Source: Candidatus Moanibacter sp. (GTDB lineage Bacteria > Verrucomicrobiota > Verrucomicrobiia > Opitutales > UBA2987). From it: DNA of 64,000 bases. The stretch covers positions 276,301-340,300 of the forward strand of contig CBDCEW010000104.1 in the NCBI GenBank assembly GCA_965215885.1. Direction: 5' to 3'. Shown here piece after piece: positions 32,540 to 42,329 of the stretch. Each line of letters begins with the position of its first letter. Positions within the stretch are counted from its first letter, which is position 1. A model generated the notes under the pieces. It was not told the DNA's origin, made no database searches, and saw only the letters and a list, made by a program, of their open reading frames with translations. Position numbers and translations under genes: made by a program.

Positions 32540-33696
32540 GCCCACGATGGTTTCTGATATCCCTTATGGTGCCTCTGACGCTCAGTCTGTCGTTGAGTGC
32601 TCAGTACGGAGAGGACGAGTGGATTGAGATCCCGCTACATCCTAAAGTGGCGGTTGCAAACGATGGCACGTTTGTCGTAGTCACCAGCGATCGGGAGCAC
32701 GTATTCGCACAGCGATACAGATGGGATGAGGAGGAAAATAGAAAGTTGGAAGACGGCGAGCGCATTGAAGTACAGAGGGACATGAAGACCATCGACCGAG
32801 ATGCGGATCACAAGAACCACACGGTTGCAATGTATCCGAATGGAAGGTTCGTTGTCGCTTGGGAATCGTCTGGACGCTCACATGCCAGTCATGTCAGGGT
32901 CTTCAACAGAGATGGGAATGTTAGCGGCGACCGCACCGAGTTCAACAGGCTGCGACCTGCCGTCGCATTAGTTCCAGGCCAGGATTCCCTCGTAGCGTTG
33001 ACATACGTCGATATCCAGCTCCGTGACGTTTTCGTAAGGCTCTATCGAGGGGACATGGGCCCTCAGACGCGCATCCCGCTGCAGAGGAAAGAACGGCGGC
33101 TCTGGACGTCAGTCGTCTCCGCGGTGAACTGTAACACCCTCGTGGTGGCGGCTGAGGAGATTGACAGTTTGCAGGTCTTTATCGCTCGGATCACGATAAA
33201 TCCAATGAAGGTGTGTGAAATAGCTGTTTTAGAGAACGCCCGCAATCCCGCCATAGCAGCCAAGTCGAATGGGAATTGTGTGGTCGTCTGGGAGGACATC
33301 AGTGATAGCAGTGAAATCGCAGTCAAGCTGGCGAGTCTCATAAGCGACCATAGTAAATTGGACGAACCGTTTAAAGTCGTTAACACTGGAAAGGTGAATA
33401 TTGCCGACAACATAGCCGACGTCGACATCAACAACAACGGAGATATCGCCGTCGTCTACACGGACACGGCTCGGGTCGATCGCGTTTTCTCAAAGAGATA
33501 CTGCTTCTCTGAGGGTTCAATCTCGCCCGGCGACAGACTGATGATCTCCCGCGACACGGAGGACCGTCCGCAGGCGCACCACAGATCTCCATCCGTCGCG
33601 ATGCGCGCCAATAATTCGTACGTAGTCGCCTGGGAGTCAGTTCTTAGGGACGAGGAAAATTTGTTACATACTAGACCTTATCCGAAAAGCTACTGA
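32536..33696 (+). CDS. Secreted beta-propeller-like hypothetical protein, C-terminus replaced by IS insertion
   Basis: Signal peptide; repeated P.VA....G.FVV(A/V)WE motifs; original tail lies at 35599-35651. Confidence 0.7.
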   Translation: MSPRWFLISLMVPLTLSLSLSAQYGEDEWIEIPLHPKVAVANDGTFVVVTSDREHVFAQRYRWDEEENRKLEDGERIEVQRDMKTIDRDADHKNHTVAMYPNGRFVVAWESSGRSHASHVRVFNRDGNVSGDRTEFNRLRPAVALVPGQDSLVALTYVDIQLRDVFVRLYRGDMGPQTRIPLQRKERRLWTSVVSAVNCNTLVVAAEEIDSLQVFIARITINPMKVCEIAVLENARNPAIAAKSNGNCVVVWEDISDSSEIAVKLASLISDHSKLDEPFKVVNTGKVNIADNIADVDINNNGDIAVVYTDTARVDRVFSKRYCFSEGSISPGDRLMISRDTEDRPQAHHRSPSVAMRANNSYVVAWESVLRDEENLLHTRPYPKSY

Positions 33697-35592
33697 TTGG
33701 CCGCAAAGAGGCGCAAAAGGCGCAAGAAAAACTTGAGAAAAATCAGTTTTTCGGCTTGATAAAAAGTGTCGTAACATACTAGTGTTTAACAACTTAAGAT
33801 TAAGAAATGAGTTAAACATGCCAACATGTGCGACAGAGGAGAACAAAAGCGACAAGACGCCCCTTAGCAACCTCATTCTGCCGGTTCCAGACACGGAGTT
33901 TCGTGATTTTCTGGATGAAGTTGAAGAATTGGCCGGGTTCGCGGCGCAAATCATCGAGGCGATCGAGAAGGATCTGGACGCCCATGCGCGTGAGAAGAAG
34001 AAACTTCGATTGGAAGATCGAAGGTTCTTTGAAGGGCGCACAGCGGAGCTGCCGGAGCTGGACATCGAGGAGGAGAATATTCTGGCTGCTGAATTGAATC
34101 TTGGGGTAGGCCGGCCGCGGATGCCGGCTTATGCGGTATACGTGTTCGTGATGATTCGTGGGTTTCTCGGTTCGTTGACCACGAAACCGGCACGGCGGTT
34201 TCTGCGCGAGTCGATGAGCTTGTACGGATTTCTTCAGAGGCGGGGACTGAGGATGCCGGCGGTGACGACGATTCTGGAGAACGTGAACCTGGTCAGCCAT
34301 AGGACCCGCGAGCTGATCTTTGATAAACAGATTGGGTTTATCCTCCAGGAGCAATGGGACGATTTCGGGAAGCTGACGATCGACAGCACCTCGGTGAAAG
34401 CAAACAGCTGCTGGCCCACCGATGGGAGGATTCTGAGCGGTCTTTTGATGCGGGCCAATCGTTTGGGTCAGAAGTTGCATATATTCGGGCTGGAGGATTT
34501 TCGCAAGGGATGGGTTGGGCGTTGGCTGCAGGAGATGGACAAGCTGGAGTTTCAGATTTGTCTGGCCGCGGGCAAACCGAAGTCGAAGGGCAAGCTGAAG
34601 AAACACTACCGGCGGTTGCTCAAGCGGGGCCGCAAGGCGGCCGACTCACTAACGGGGGAACTGAGCCATCTTGAAGAGGGCCTGTCGATGGATTCACTGC
34701 CTCCCACTCGCCGGGAGCTTCTGAAGCGGGTATTGAGCCAGATCAGGCGCGATATTGCCGACGCCAAGCGGGTTGTTGAGTATGCTCATGATCGGGTGTT
34801 TCACGAAAAGAAGCTACCGTCCACGCAGAAGGTCCTGAGCCTGTCGGACGGATCGGCGGCCTACATCAAGAAGGGCAGCCGCAATCCAGTGATCGGGTAC
34901 AAGCCACAACTGGTTCGCAGCGAAAACGGTTTTGTCACCAGCCTGATCGTACCGCAAGGCAATGCGGCAGACTCCATTGAGCTGGCGCCGGCCATCGGCG
35001 ATTCGATCAAGCGCACCGGTGTCATTGCTGAACTGATCAGCACCGATGACGGATATGCTTCGGCGAAGGGGCGCAAGGAGGTGCTGGGCATGGGGGTAAA
35101 GCAGATCAGTATCAGTGGGGCGAAGGGCAAGAAGTTGACCACCCCCGAGGACTGGGAGAGCGAGGCGTATCGCGAGGCACGCCGCAATCGCTCCGCAGTG
35201 GAGTCGCTGATGTTCACGATTAAAGATGGATTTGCCTTTGGCGAACTCGGCCGCCGCGGCATCGATGCGGTAGGCGATGAACTGCTCGAGAAGGTTCTGG
35301 CCTACAACTTCTGCCGCATCATACTGATGAAGAAACGACGACGGGAGGAACTGGAACAGGCAGCCTGAATCTGACCGCTTTGAAGCTCAGAGAAAAAAGC
35401 ACCACGGGATGAGTATGCCTCCAAACAGCGGCAAATATGCGTATTGTGCAGCAAGCCACGCCGATGGCCGCTCAATACCTGCTCATCGGCAGCGCCGGCA
35501 GCCTAAAACCCGAAACCTGCCAGCCATAGGCTGGTCCGCCCGTGGCGGAAGAACCTTAAACCGTCCGCTCGAAAGGCTTTTCGAATGGGGTC
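33674..35592 (+). mobile_element. IS5/ISNCY-like insertion sequence
   Basis: TIRs GACCTTATCCGAAAAGC / GACCCCATTCGAAAAGC (14/17); 6-bp TSD ATACTA at 33668-33673 and 35593-35598. Confidence 0.88.
33818..35368 (+). CDS. DDE transposase (IS5/ISNCY-like)
   Basis: IDST.V.AN..WPTD, STDDGY, R..VES...TIK. Confidence 0.88.
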   Translation: MPTCATEENKSDKTPLSNLILPVPDTEFRDFLDEVEELAGFAAQIIEAIEKDLDAHAREKKKLRLEDRRFFEGRTAELPELDIEEENILAAELNLGVGRPRMPAYAVYVFVMIRGFLGSLTTKPARRFLRESMSLYGFLQRRGLRMPAVTTILENVNLVSHRTRELIFDKQIGFILQEQWDDFGKLTIDSTSVKANSCWPTDGRILSGLLMRANRLGQKLHIFGLEDFRKGWVGRWLQEMDKLEFQICLAAGKPKSKGKLKKHYRRLLKRGRKAADSLTGELSHLEEGLSMDSLPPTRRELLKRVLSQIRRDIADAKRVVEYAHDRVFHEKKLPSTQKVLSLSDGSAAYIKKGSRNPVIGYKPQLVRSENGFVTSLIVPQGNAADSIELAPAIGDSIKRTGVIAELISTDDGYASAKGRKEVLGMGVKQISISGAKGKKLTTPEDWESEAYREARRNRSAVESLMFTIKDGFAFGELGRRGIDAVGDELLEKVLAYNFCRIILMKKRRREELEQAA

Positions 35593-35671
35593 ATACTAGA
35601 GTTATTAAATTGTCAGAAGCTAAGCAACCTTGCCAGGGCGCTCAACCTTGAGGACCTTCGGGAGACTGAGG

Positions 35672-37699
35672 ATGCAGATGGACATGCAAGCCGAGAGGAT
35701 TTCCCAGGACGAGCTTGATAGAAGAATCCAGCAACATGGAGTGTGGCTGGAAACAGGAGAAGGAGAGTTCGCAAACTTTAGAGGATTTGATTTACGTGGT
35801 AAGTCTCTTGTGCGAGCTAACCTGCATGGTGCCGACCTTCGCCACGCTGATCTGCGTGGTGCTGACTTTCGCAACGCAAATCTTAACAAAGTTTTCCTAA
35901 CCGATGCAGACGCAAGACGCTCGAATTTTCAGGGTACGAACCTATCAGAGGCAAACCTGTGCAGAACGAAACTGGCTGATGCCAAGCTCCGTGACGCAAG
36001 TCTTGCTTACGCAGACTTCGTGTCCCCTCCTGATCCCCGCGCCGTTGACAGAGTCGACAGTGGTGGACTTGGCGTAGATGAGGAAGCGGCTCTCCCGAGT
36101 CAAGCCGCCGCCGTGAAGACGACTGACGAACTGGGAGAAGCCGTGGACAGCTCTGATCAAGAAGCCATAGATCAGCAACTCAAACCCCATCAACTGGCCG
36201 GTGCCGACCTGGTGGGGGCTAAACTCCCAAAGGCCATCAGAGGATTTGACGGTCTCCGAGTGGCTGATGAAGCATCGCGGAATGCAAGCGCAGTTTTTCT
36301 CTATCTGCTAGTTGCCTGCGGGTTCAGCTGGTTTACGATTGTCACTACATCAGATGGCCAGCTGCTGAGCAACACGGCCTCTGCACCAATCCCATTCATA
36401 CAGAATGTCTACATTCCTATGGCAGGTATTTTCCGGATATTTCCGATGCTGCTGCTGGGCCTGTTCGTCTACTTCCATTTGGATTTACAAAACCTGTGGA
36501 TGAGGCTGAGTCGACTCCCGGCAGTCTTTCCTGACGGCTACCAGTTGAACGAGAAAGTCTACCCTTGGCTTCCTAAGGGTACGGTGCTGGCCTTTGTGCC
36601 TCGATTAGCGAGTGTAGACCACAAAATTCCCAAGTTTGGTGTGGGCGACATTATAGACTGGCCTGGATTTGTTTCAAAACTAAACACCGATGGGAACACG
36701 GCCCAACAGAGACTTGGTAAGAGGATATGGGAACTGCTTCCTCAAAACATCCAGTCTACGGTCAAGGAATCCGTGGATGGTAGCAGCCTTCAAGAAGAAC
36801 AGAAGTCCAAAATAATCAAAGCAGTGAACAGAATCTTGGACCGTCAAGATTTCTATCAAGAACAGGATTTTCCAGATATGAATTTGCCTGAAGCCGTCCG
36901 TGAATTATTGTCCAACCGGGTAGATCTGTCATCCAGCGATGTACAAAGACTCAATCGCCTTCTAATAGAATCGGCTTTTACAGACGAAATAGTGAAAAGA
37001 TGTATGGAGCAACTCCGACCGGGACTGCGCTTTCCACCACTGTTTCCAGCACAAAGGTTCTTGTCACTCATACTCTTGTGGTGGTTAGTGCCATTTACCG
37101 TTCTCCTGTTTTGGGTATACTCGCTGGTCTTACACGAGACGTTCTGGACATATTTTCACATCGGGGAAGTTGGTATATCCGTGGGTCTGGCCTTGTTCTT
37201 CAGGGGGATCGCAATTCGCACATTGCGGGGTAAGGACTTACATCTCACGATCTCCGTCAGAGGTGCTGGAAGACACATGCTTGTCGGTCTGTGCGTAATA
37301 CTAATCCTTTTGGGGGCCCACCGGGTATTTTGGGCTCCTATAGTTGATGATTCTCGCTATCAGAGTATTGATGATTCGATGCGTAAGGTAGATGACCCGC
37401 ATCCTTTCTCGATTGATTGGATCAGAGCATTCTCAATCGCCGATATTGAATCTGAGCATCTATCAAAACCTCCTGATGCGTGGGATGGGAAAAATTTTGC
37501 AACTATAAAAGTCGCCAATCTTCGCGGAAAAGTCCTTAGACATGCCAAAGGAAGTCATGCGTTCTTCGTAGGCGCGAAGATGAGAAGAGCGAAACTAGAT
37601 TATGGCACGTTCACGGACGCGGATTTCAGAAAAGCAAAGATCAAAGAGGGCTCATTCTTGCGCGCAAAGCTGAATCGAGCGGCAGCTAGGCAAACCTGA
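35672..37699 (+). CDS. Membrane protein with N- and C-terminal pentapeptide repeats; 3' end degraded
   Basis: A(D/N)LxG repeats, ~5 hydrophobic segments; out-of-frame pentapeptide remnants continue to ~37870. Confidence 0.8.
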   Translation: MQMDMQAERISQDELDRRIQQHGVWLETGEGEFANFRGFDLRGKSLVRANLHGADLRHADLRGADFRNANLNKVFLTDADARRSNFQGTNLSEANLCRTKLADAKLRDASLAYADFVSPPDPRAVDRVDSGGLGVDEEAALPSQAAAVKTTDELGEAVDSSDQEAIDQQLKPHQLAGADLVGAKLPKAIRGFDGLRVADEASRNASAVFLYLLVACGFSWFTIVTTSDGQLLSNTASAPIPFIQNVYIPMAGIFRIFPMLLLGLFVYFHLDLQNLWMRLSRLPAVFPDGYQLNEKVYPWLPKGTVLAFVPRLASVDHKIPKFGVGDIIDWPGFVSKLNTDGNTAQQRLGKRIWELLPQNIQSTVKESVDGSSLQEEQKSKIIKAVNRILDRQDFYQEQDFPDMNLPEAVRELLSNRVDLSSSDVQRLNRLLIESAFTDEIVKRCMEQLRPGLRFPPLFPAQRFLSLILLWWLVPFTVLLFWVYSLVLHETFWTYFHIGEVGISVGLALFFRGIAIRTLRGKDLHLTISVRGAGRHMLVGLCVILILLGAHRVFWAPIVDDSRYQSIDDSMRKVDDPHPFSIDWIRAFSIADIESEHLSKPPDAWDGKNFATIKVANLRGKVLRHAKGSHAFFVGAKMRRAKLDYGTFTDADFRKAKIKEGSFLRAKLNRAAARQT

Positions 37700-38050
37700 G
37701 TGACGCAAAACTAAGAATTGCTCTGAAGTCCATGCAAAACTCAGACGTGCGATCTCGAAAATGCGGACTTCAGAGTTGTCGAACCTCTGCGCGGATCTCC
37801 GGTGCGGATAGAAAACGTCGCCCAGATGCGGTTCAAGGTGCGGCACCTCACAAATGCAGAGTTGACTGGACCTCAAGAGGCTGATTTAATTGACAAGAAA
37901 GATGTGGTCACCTGGCGCTCGCCGTTGAACGACCGGGCGGACCGAAGCATCGGCTACGTTGGCCTGAACGACCTGGACGTTTCCGGCATCGGCGAGAAGA
38001 AACGTCACCGCCGTGCCGTCACTGGACCAGACGGGCGCTGGCGTCTCTAG

Positions 38051-39897
38051 TCCTCGAACAAGTGTGATTGGAATATACCTAACGCAATAAAAAGCTCGAA
38101 ACGCGCTTAGATACTGGGAAAACTGTTAATCGACCAAAAAAACCACCCAGAAAAAAAGGACGTTTCGAGTGAAAAGAAGATACCGCAAGAACCTCCACAA
38201 TAGCAAGAGAAGAATAAAGCATCGGCTTAGAAATCGGGGCTGGCCTGAACAGGCCAAACCGATGTTCAAAGCGAGCAACATCCACTACGAGACGGCCGAA
38301 CGAGGCAAAGGGGTGAGTTGTGGAGGGATAGGAGCGATTCACCTGATGGTGAAGAGACTGGGGTTGGTGGAAGAGCTCGACCAGAGCGTGCAGTTGCTCA
38401 AGCGCCACCTGCCGTATCATGAGAGTGATCATGTGCTCAACATAGCCTACAACGCATTATTGGGAGGGATCCGGCTCGAAGACATCGAATTGCGCCGCAA
38501 GGACGAGGTTTTTCTGAATGCCTTAGGAGCGCAGAGGATACCGGATCCGACGACCAGTGGAGACTTCACCCGACGCTTTGATGAAGGCGCGATCGAAAAA
38601 TTGATGGAAGGGATCAACCGGATACGGCAAGGGGTGTGGAACAAGCAGGCAAAAGGATTCATGGAGGAGGCGTTCATCGATGTGGACGGGACGATAGCGC
38701 AGACGAGAGGGAAGTGCAAAGGGGGTATGGGAATAAGCTATAAGGGGATCTGGGGCTATGCACCGCTGATCGTGAGTTTGGCAAATACCAGGGAAGTGCT
38801 CTACATGGTGAATCGACCGGGCAATGAGACTAGCCATGAGGGATGCGTAAAGTGGATTGATCGGGCGGTGGAACTTGTGCGTGCGCATGCGGGGAAAATC
38901 TGCTTGCGAGGGGATACGGACTTTTCGTTGACAGAAAACTTCGATCGGTGGGATGAAGAAGGAACGGGATTTATCTTCGGAATGGATGCGCATCCCAAAG
39001 TGGTGGGACTGGCCGAGGAGTTCAGAGAGACGGCCTGGAGCGAACTGGAGCGGTTGCCCAAGCATGAAATAGCGACCGAATCGAGAGCTAAAGCGCCGCG
39101 AGTGAAGGAAGGGATCGTGCACCAGAAGGGTTTTGAAAACAAGGTGCTGGAGGCAGAAAGTGTGGCCGAGTTGGACTATCGGCCCAACAAGTGCAAAAAG
39201 ACCTATCGGATGGTGGTGGTGCGTAAGAACATCAGTGTGCAAAAGGGCGAAGTAGTGCTCTTTGATGAGATCCGCTACTTTTTTTATATCACAAATCGTA
39301 GGGACCTGACTAAGGAGCAGGTGGTCGCCTTTGCGAATCAACGCTGCGATCAGGAGAACGTTATTGAGCAACTCAAAAACGGGGTTAATGCGATGCGTAT
39401 GCCCGTGGATGATCTTTTGAGCAATTGGGCCTATATGGTAATGACAGCATTGGCCTGGAACCTGAAGGCGTGGTATGGATTACTCATGCCCAACCGCCAG
39501 CGGGGGTTGGAGATCGTGAAGATGGAGTTTCGGCGCTTCCTTCACGCCATCATCTTGCTCCCCGCGCAAATCATCCGAAGCGGGCGCCGAATTGTTTATC
39601 GGCTTTTAAGCTGGAACGAGTGGATGGGAGATTTTATCAGCACCTGGGAGCGATTCCGATCTATGTCGCCTGGGTAGCAGATCAAGTAACCGCGAACGCA
39701 CAGCCACAACGGAAGGACTGTCGGCGTATCCCAAAAAGGGGACAGAACTAACGTTAAAACAGAACGGATATGACTCAAAAAAAGCAAAACATGAAACCAG
39801 CCCAAGGGTGGCGGCGGCAAAACTACCGCCAGCATGGCAAATAACGTTAGGAATAACGAAGTTTCCTGTTCAACCTTTAAACGCGCTTATTTTAGGG
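38051..39897 (+). mobile_element. IS1380-family insertion sequence
   Basis: Imperfect TIRs TCCTCGAACAAGTG / CCCTAAAATAAGCG; CTAG duplication at 38047-38050 and 39898-39901. Confidence 0.85.
38169..39677 (+). CDS. IS1380-family transposase
   Basis: IPDPTT.GDF.RRF, IDVDGT, GYAPL, LRGDT.F, R...EN.I.QLK, LA.NL..W. Confidence 0.92.
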   Translation: MKRRYRKNLHNSKRRIKHRLRNRGWPEQAKPMFKASNIHYETAERGKGVSCGGIGAIHLMVKRLGLVEELDQSVQLLKRHLPYHESDHVLNIAYNALLGGIRLEDIELRRKDEVFLNALGAQRIPDPTTSGDFTRRFDEGAIEKLMEGINRIRQGVWNKQAKGFMEEAFIDVDGTIAQTRGKCKGGMGISYKGIWGYAPLIVSLANTREVLYMVNRPGNETSHEGCVKWIDRAVELVRAHAGKICLRGDTDFSLTENFDRWDEEGTGFIFGMDAHPKVVGLAEEFRETAWSELERLPKHEIATESRAKAPRVKEGIVHQKGFENKVLEAESVAELDYRPNKCKKTYRMVVVRKNISVQKGEVVLFDEIRYFFYITNRRDLTKEQVVAFANQRCDQENVIEQLKNGVNAMRMPVDDLLSNWAYMVMTALAWNLKAWYGLLMPNRQRGLEIVKMEFRRFLHAIILLPAQIIRSGRRIVYRLLSWNEWMGDFISTWERFRSMSPG

Positions 39898-40022
39898 CTA
39901 GCCGGCTCAACGGGAGGGCGATCTGGCATCGTTTCTTTTCCCGACCGTAGTGATGGCTTGCACGCCGTCGTTTGGAATCGAGTTTTCGATTGACTGGACT
40001 GCGTTCTCAGAACGTACATTCC

Positions 40023-40631
40023 TCAGTTGCTGCGCGGTCCGGATGGACAGCTGAAGGAAGCGAAGAACGTCTCCAGTTTACGATCGATAATGTCGAGTGG
40101 CCCGAAATATCTCAATCGGTAGAAGGTTCGCGAATCCTTACAGTAGATCCACCCGATGAGAGACTTGAACTTAACGGTATCTGCCGTTCCAGCGCCGTAT
40201 CCGAAGCGCTCGCTTGCGAAGAGGATATAGAACGAACCCACTTCGCCGTTTCTCGACTTTTTGATAAACCCTGGCCGGTACTTTTCGTCTACGACGATCT
40301 TCTTCGAGATGTCGCCTGGGTATGGAGAGAGGGCGCTTGCATAGAGCGCCTCGATTCCCATCGCACCACTCTCCTCAAGCTGCTTCGCCGATTTTTCGTC
40401 GATATTTGGAAGCGCTTCGATCTTGAGCGTGCTGTCGGTGCTCTTGTAGATGAGAACTCTCGATTGTCTTCGCGACAACGTATCTACGAGGGTGAATCGC
40501 GTGAGGTGTGGAGATGTCAATGAGTCCAGTGAGCTCGTTACTTTGTTTGTTTGGCAAGTGGCAACAGAGGTCCAACCAGCAACGCCAATACAGGCGAGCA
40601 CGATGCGAAGGAATATTCGTTTGGGCACCAT
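40023..40631 (-). CDS. Hypothetical exported protein
   Basis: 202 aa with ATG start and signal-like N-terminus; more plausible than the overlapping + strand ORF. Confidence 0.6.
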   Translation of the reverse strand: MVPKRIFLRIVLACIGVAGWTSVATCQTNKVTSSLDSLTSPHLTRFTLVDTLSRRQSRVLIYKSTDSTLKIEALPNIDEKSAKQLEESGAMGIEALYASALSPYPGDISKKIVVDEKYRPGFIKKSRNGEVGSFYILFASERFGYGAGTADTVKFKSLIGWIYCKDSRTFYRLRYFGPLDIIDRKLETFFASFSCPSGPRSN

Positions 40632-40886
40632 TTAGACCTTATTGTATAGGTTACGAAAGCCAAAGCACCAGGATATTAGCCTCGTCTATGGAATCTGAGC
40701 GTCGATCGATGAATCGAGCTTTCGACCAGGCATCGCTCAAACTTTAATCCGAGGATTCGATGCCTCGCCGCAGTCCCGCAGGCGGAGCGAAGTCGGGTGT
40801 GAATTTGGATTGAAGGAGGTATGAACGTGCGGCGAAGGGCTCGTGGGTGTCGAGCCCATTTTGACCCCCGTATTCCCGGCAGGATG

Positions 40887-40948
40887 TAGGAGAGGCTTTA
40901 TGCCTCGATAGGAATGATGTTCCGTCGCAGGATAAACCCGCTCCTGCG
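40887..40948. repeat. GTAG-type REP inverted pair (REPIN-like)
   Basis: GTAGGAGAGGCTTTATGCCTCGA ... TCGCAGGATAAACCCGCTCCTGC. Confidence 0.5.
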
Positions 40949-41161
40949 TTACAACAGTGTCCTGCAATTCGCGCTCGTCCTCGTAATCGTGCTCGGCGAT
41001 ATAGTCCGCAGCAGACTCCCGGACTGAATTCTCCGAGGAGTATCGCTGTAAGAGTTGCTAATGATCGAACTGTTAGTACTTATGGTGCTCCTTTCGAGAA
41101 CGAGAACGAGGACGATTTCGACAACGTAGTCCGGCAAGGGCAAAAGCACTCAATTTTCAGA

Positions 41162-42211
41162 TCAGCGTTCTTCATTGAGGAGTTCTCTTATCCAACGTCG
41201 GTGGGGGCCGGATATCGCGATTTGGTCGATCTCGGCGACGGGTATCCAGGTGAGATTGGGGAATTCCTGCACTTTCCTGAACAGGGAGGAATCGGGTATA
41301 TGTTGGTAGATAGACTCCCTGATTTGCTCGTTGCTGATGGCACGTCTCTTTCTGGCGATGAGGTTATCGGGAGACGGTGAAGAGACGATCCCATCGGCTT
41401 GGGGTAGCTCGAAAAGAGTGGCAAGGCGTGAACTATCCTGTGGCGCGCGGTGCAAAAGGATTGAATCGTTATTCCTGACCCAAAGACGATCGACTACACG
41501 GTGAACAGTCCTTTTCCGGAGGAACCGAGGGAAATTATCCGGGTCGCCTCTCTGGCCAGCGGTGCAAAACCGGAAAACGGGACAGACAAAACAGAGTGGC
41601 CGCCTGCGCAGGCAGACGGTTGCCCCGAGTTCCATCATCGCCTGATTGTGTTTACCCGGATTCTTTTTATCGAGAAGCTCAAGCGCGAGAGGAGCGAGGC
41701 GCCTGGCCGCGGCGGCGCGATCCTTAAAGGTCTCTTCAACCGCAGTGAGACGAGAGAGAATCCTCATGACATTTCCATCGAGACAGGCGGAAGGGTGGCC
41801 GAAGCAGATGCTTGTAATGGCCGCTGCGGTGTAATCGCCTACTCCGGGAAGCGCCTTCCACTCTTCGGGGTTGTGAGGGAGTGAATTCAAGGACGAGATC
41901 TTCCTGGCGAGTTGAGAGAGGTTCCTTGCCCGTGAATAGTAACCCAACCCTTCCCAATGTTTTATCACCTCTTCTTCCCGGGCTTGCGCGAGGGTGGAAA
42001 AATTGGGGAACCTGACCATCCAGCGCAGGAAATAGGGAATAACGGTATTTACCTGGGTTTGCTGGAGCATGAATTCGGAGATGACTGTCTTATAAACAGT
42101 GGGAGCCTTGCGCCAGGGCAGGTCGCGGTGAGAGGTCTCGTACCATCGCTGAAGATTGTCGGCGAATCCTGCCGGATCGCGAACTGCGGAGTCTTTTTTG
42201 ACCTTGGGCAT
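41162..42211 (-). CDS. mutY: A/G-specific adenine glycosylase
   Basis: RDLPWR, SEFMLQQTQV, WEGLGYYSRARNL, LPGVG.YTA HhH, DGNV, C-X6-C-X2-C-X5-C 4Fe-4S motif. Confidence 0.97.
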   Translation of the reverse strand: MPKVKKDSAVRDPAGFADNLQRWYETSHRDLPWRKAPTVYKTVISEFMLQQTQVNTVIPYFLRWMVRFPNFSTLAQAREEEVIKHWEGLGYYSRARNLSQLARKISSLNSLPHNPEEWKALPGVGDYTAAAITSICFGHPSACLDGNVMRILSRLTAVEETFKDRAAAARRLAPLALELLDKKNPGKHNQAMMELGATVCLRRRPLCFVCPVFRFCTAGQRGDPDNFPRFLRKRTVHRVVDRLWVRNNDSILLHRAPQDSSRLATLFELPQADGIVSSPSPDNLIARKRRAISNEQIRESIYQHIPDSSLFRKVQEFPNLTWIPVAEIDQIAISGPHRRWIRELLNEER

Positions 42212-42329
42212 CTTTGATATAGTGGTACGTGTTTTGCGTGATTGTTATTGTTTTAGTTCGATGTTTTTAAACACGTAGAAACATTGACGATTGGCTGCCG
42301 GTCGGAGATACGTCTATAGAAGAATCGCA

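Noticed and set aside
39972..40523. 183-aa plus-strand ORF
   Set aside because: Antisense shadow of the signal-peptide-bearing 40023-40631 ORF
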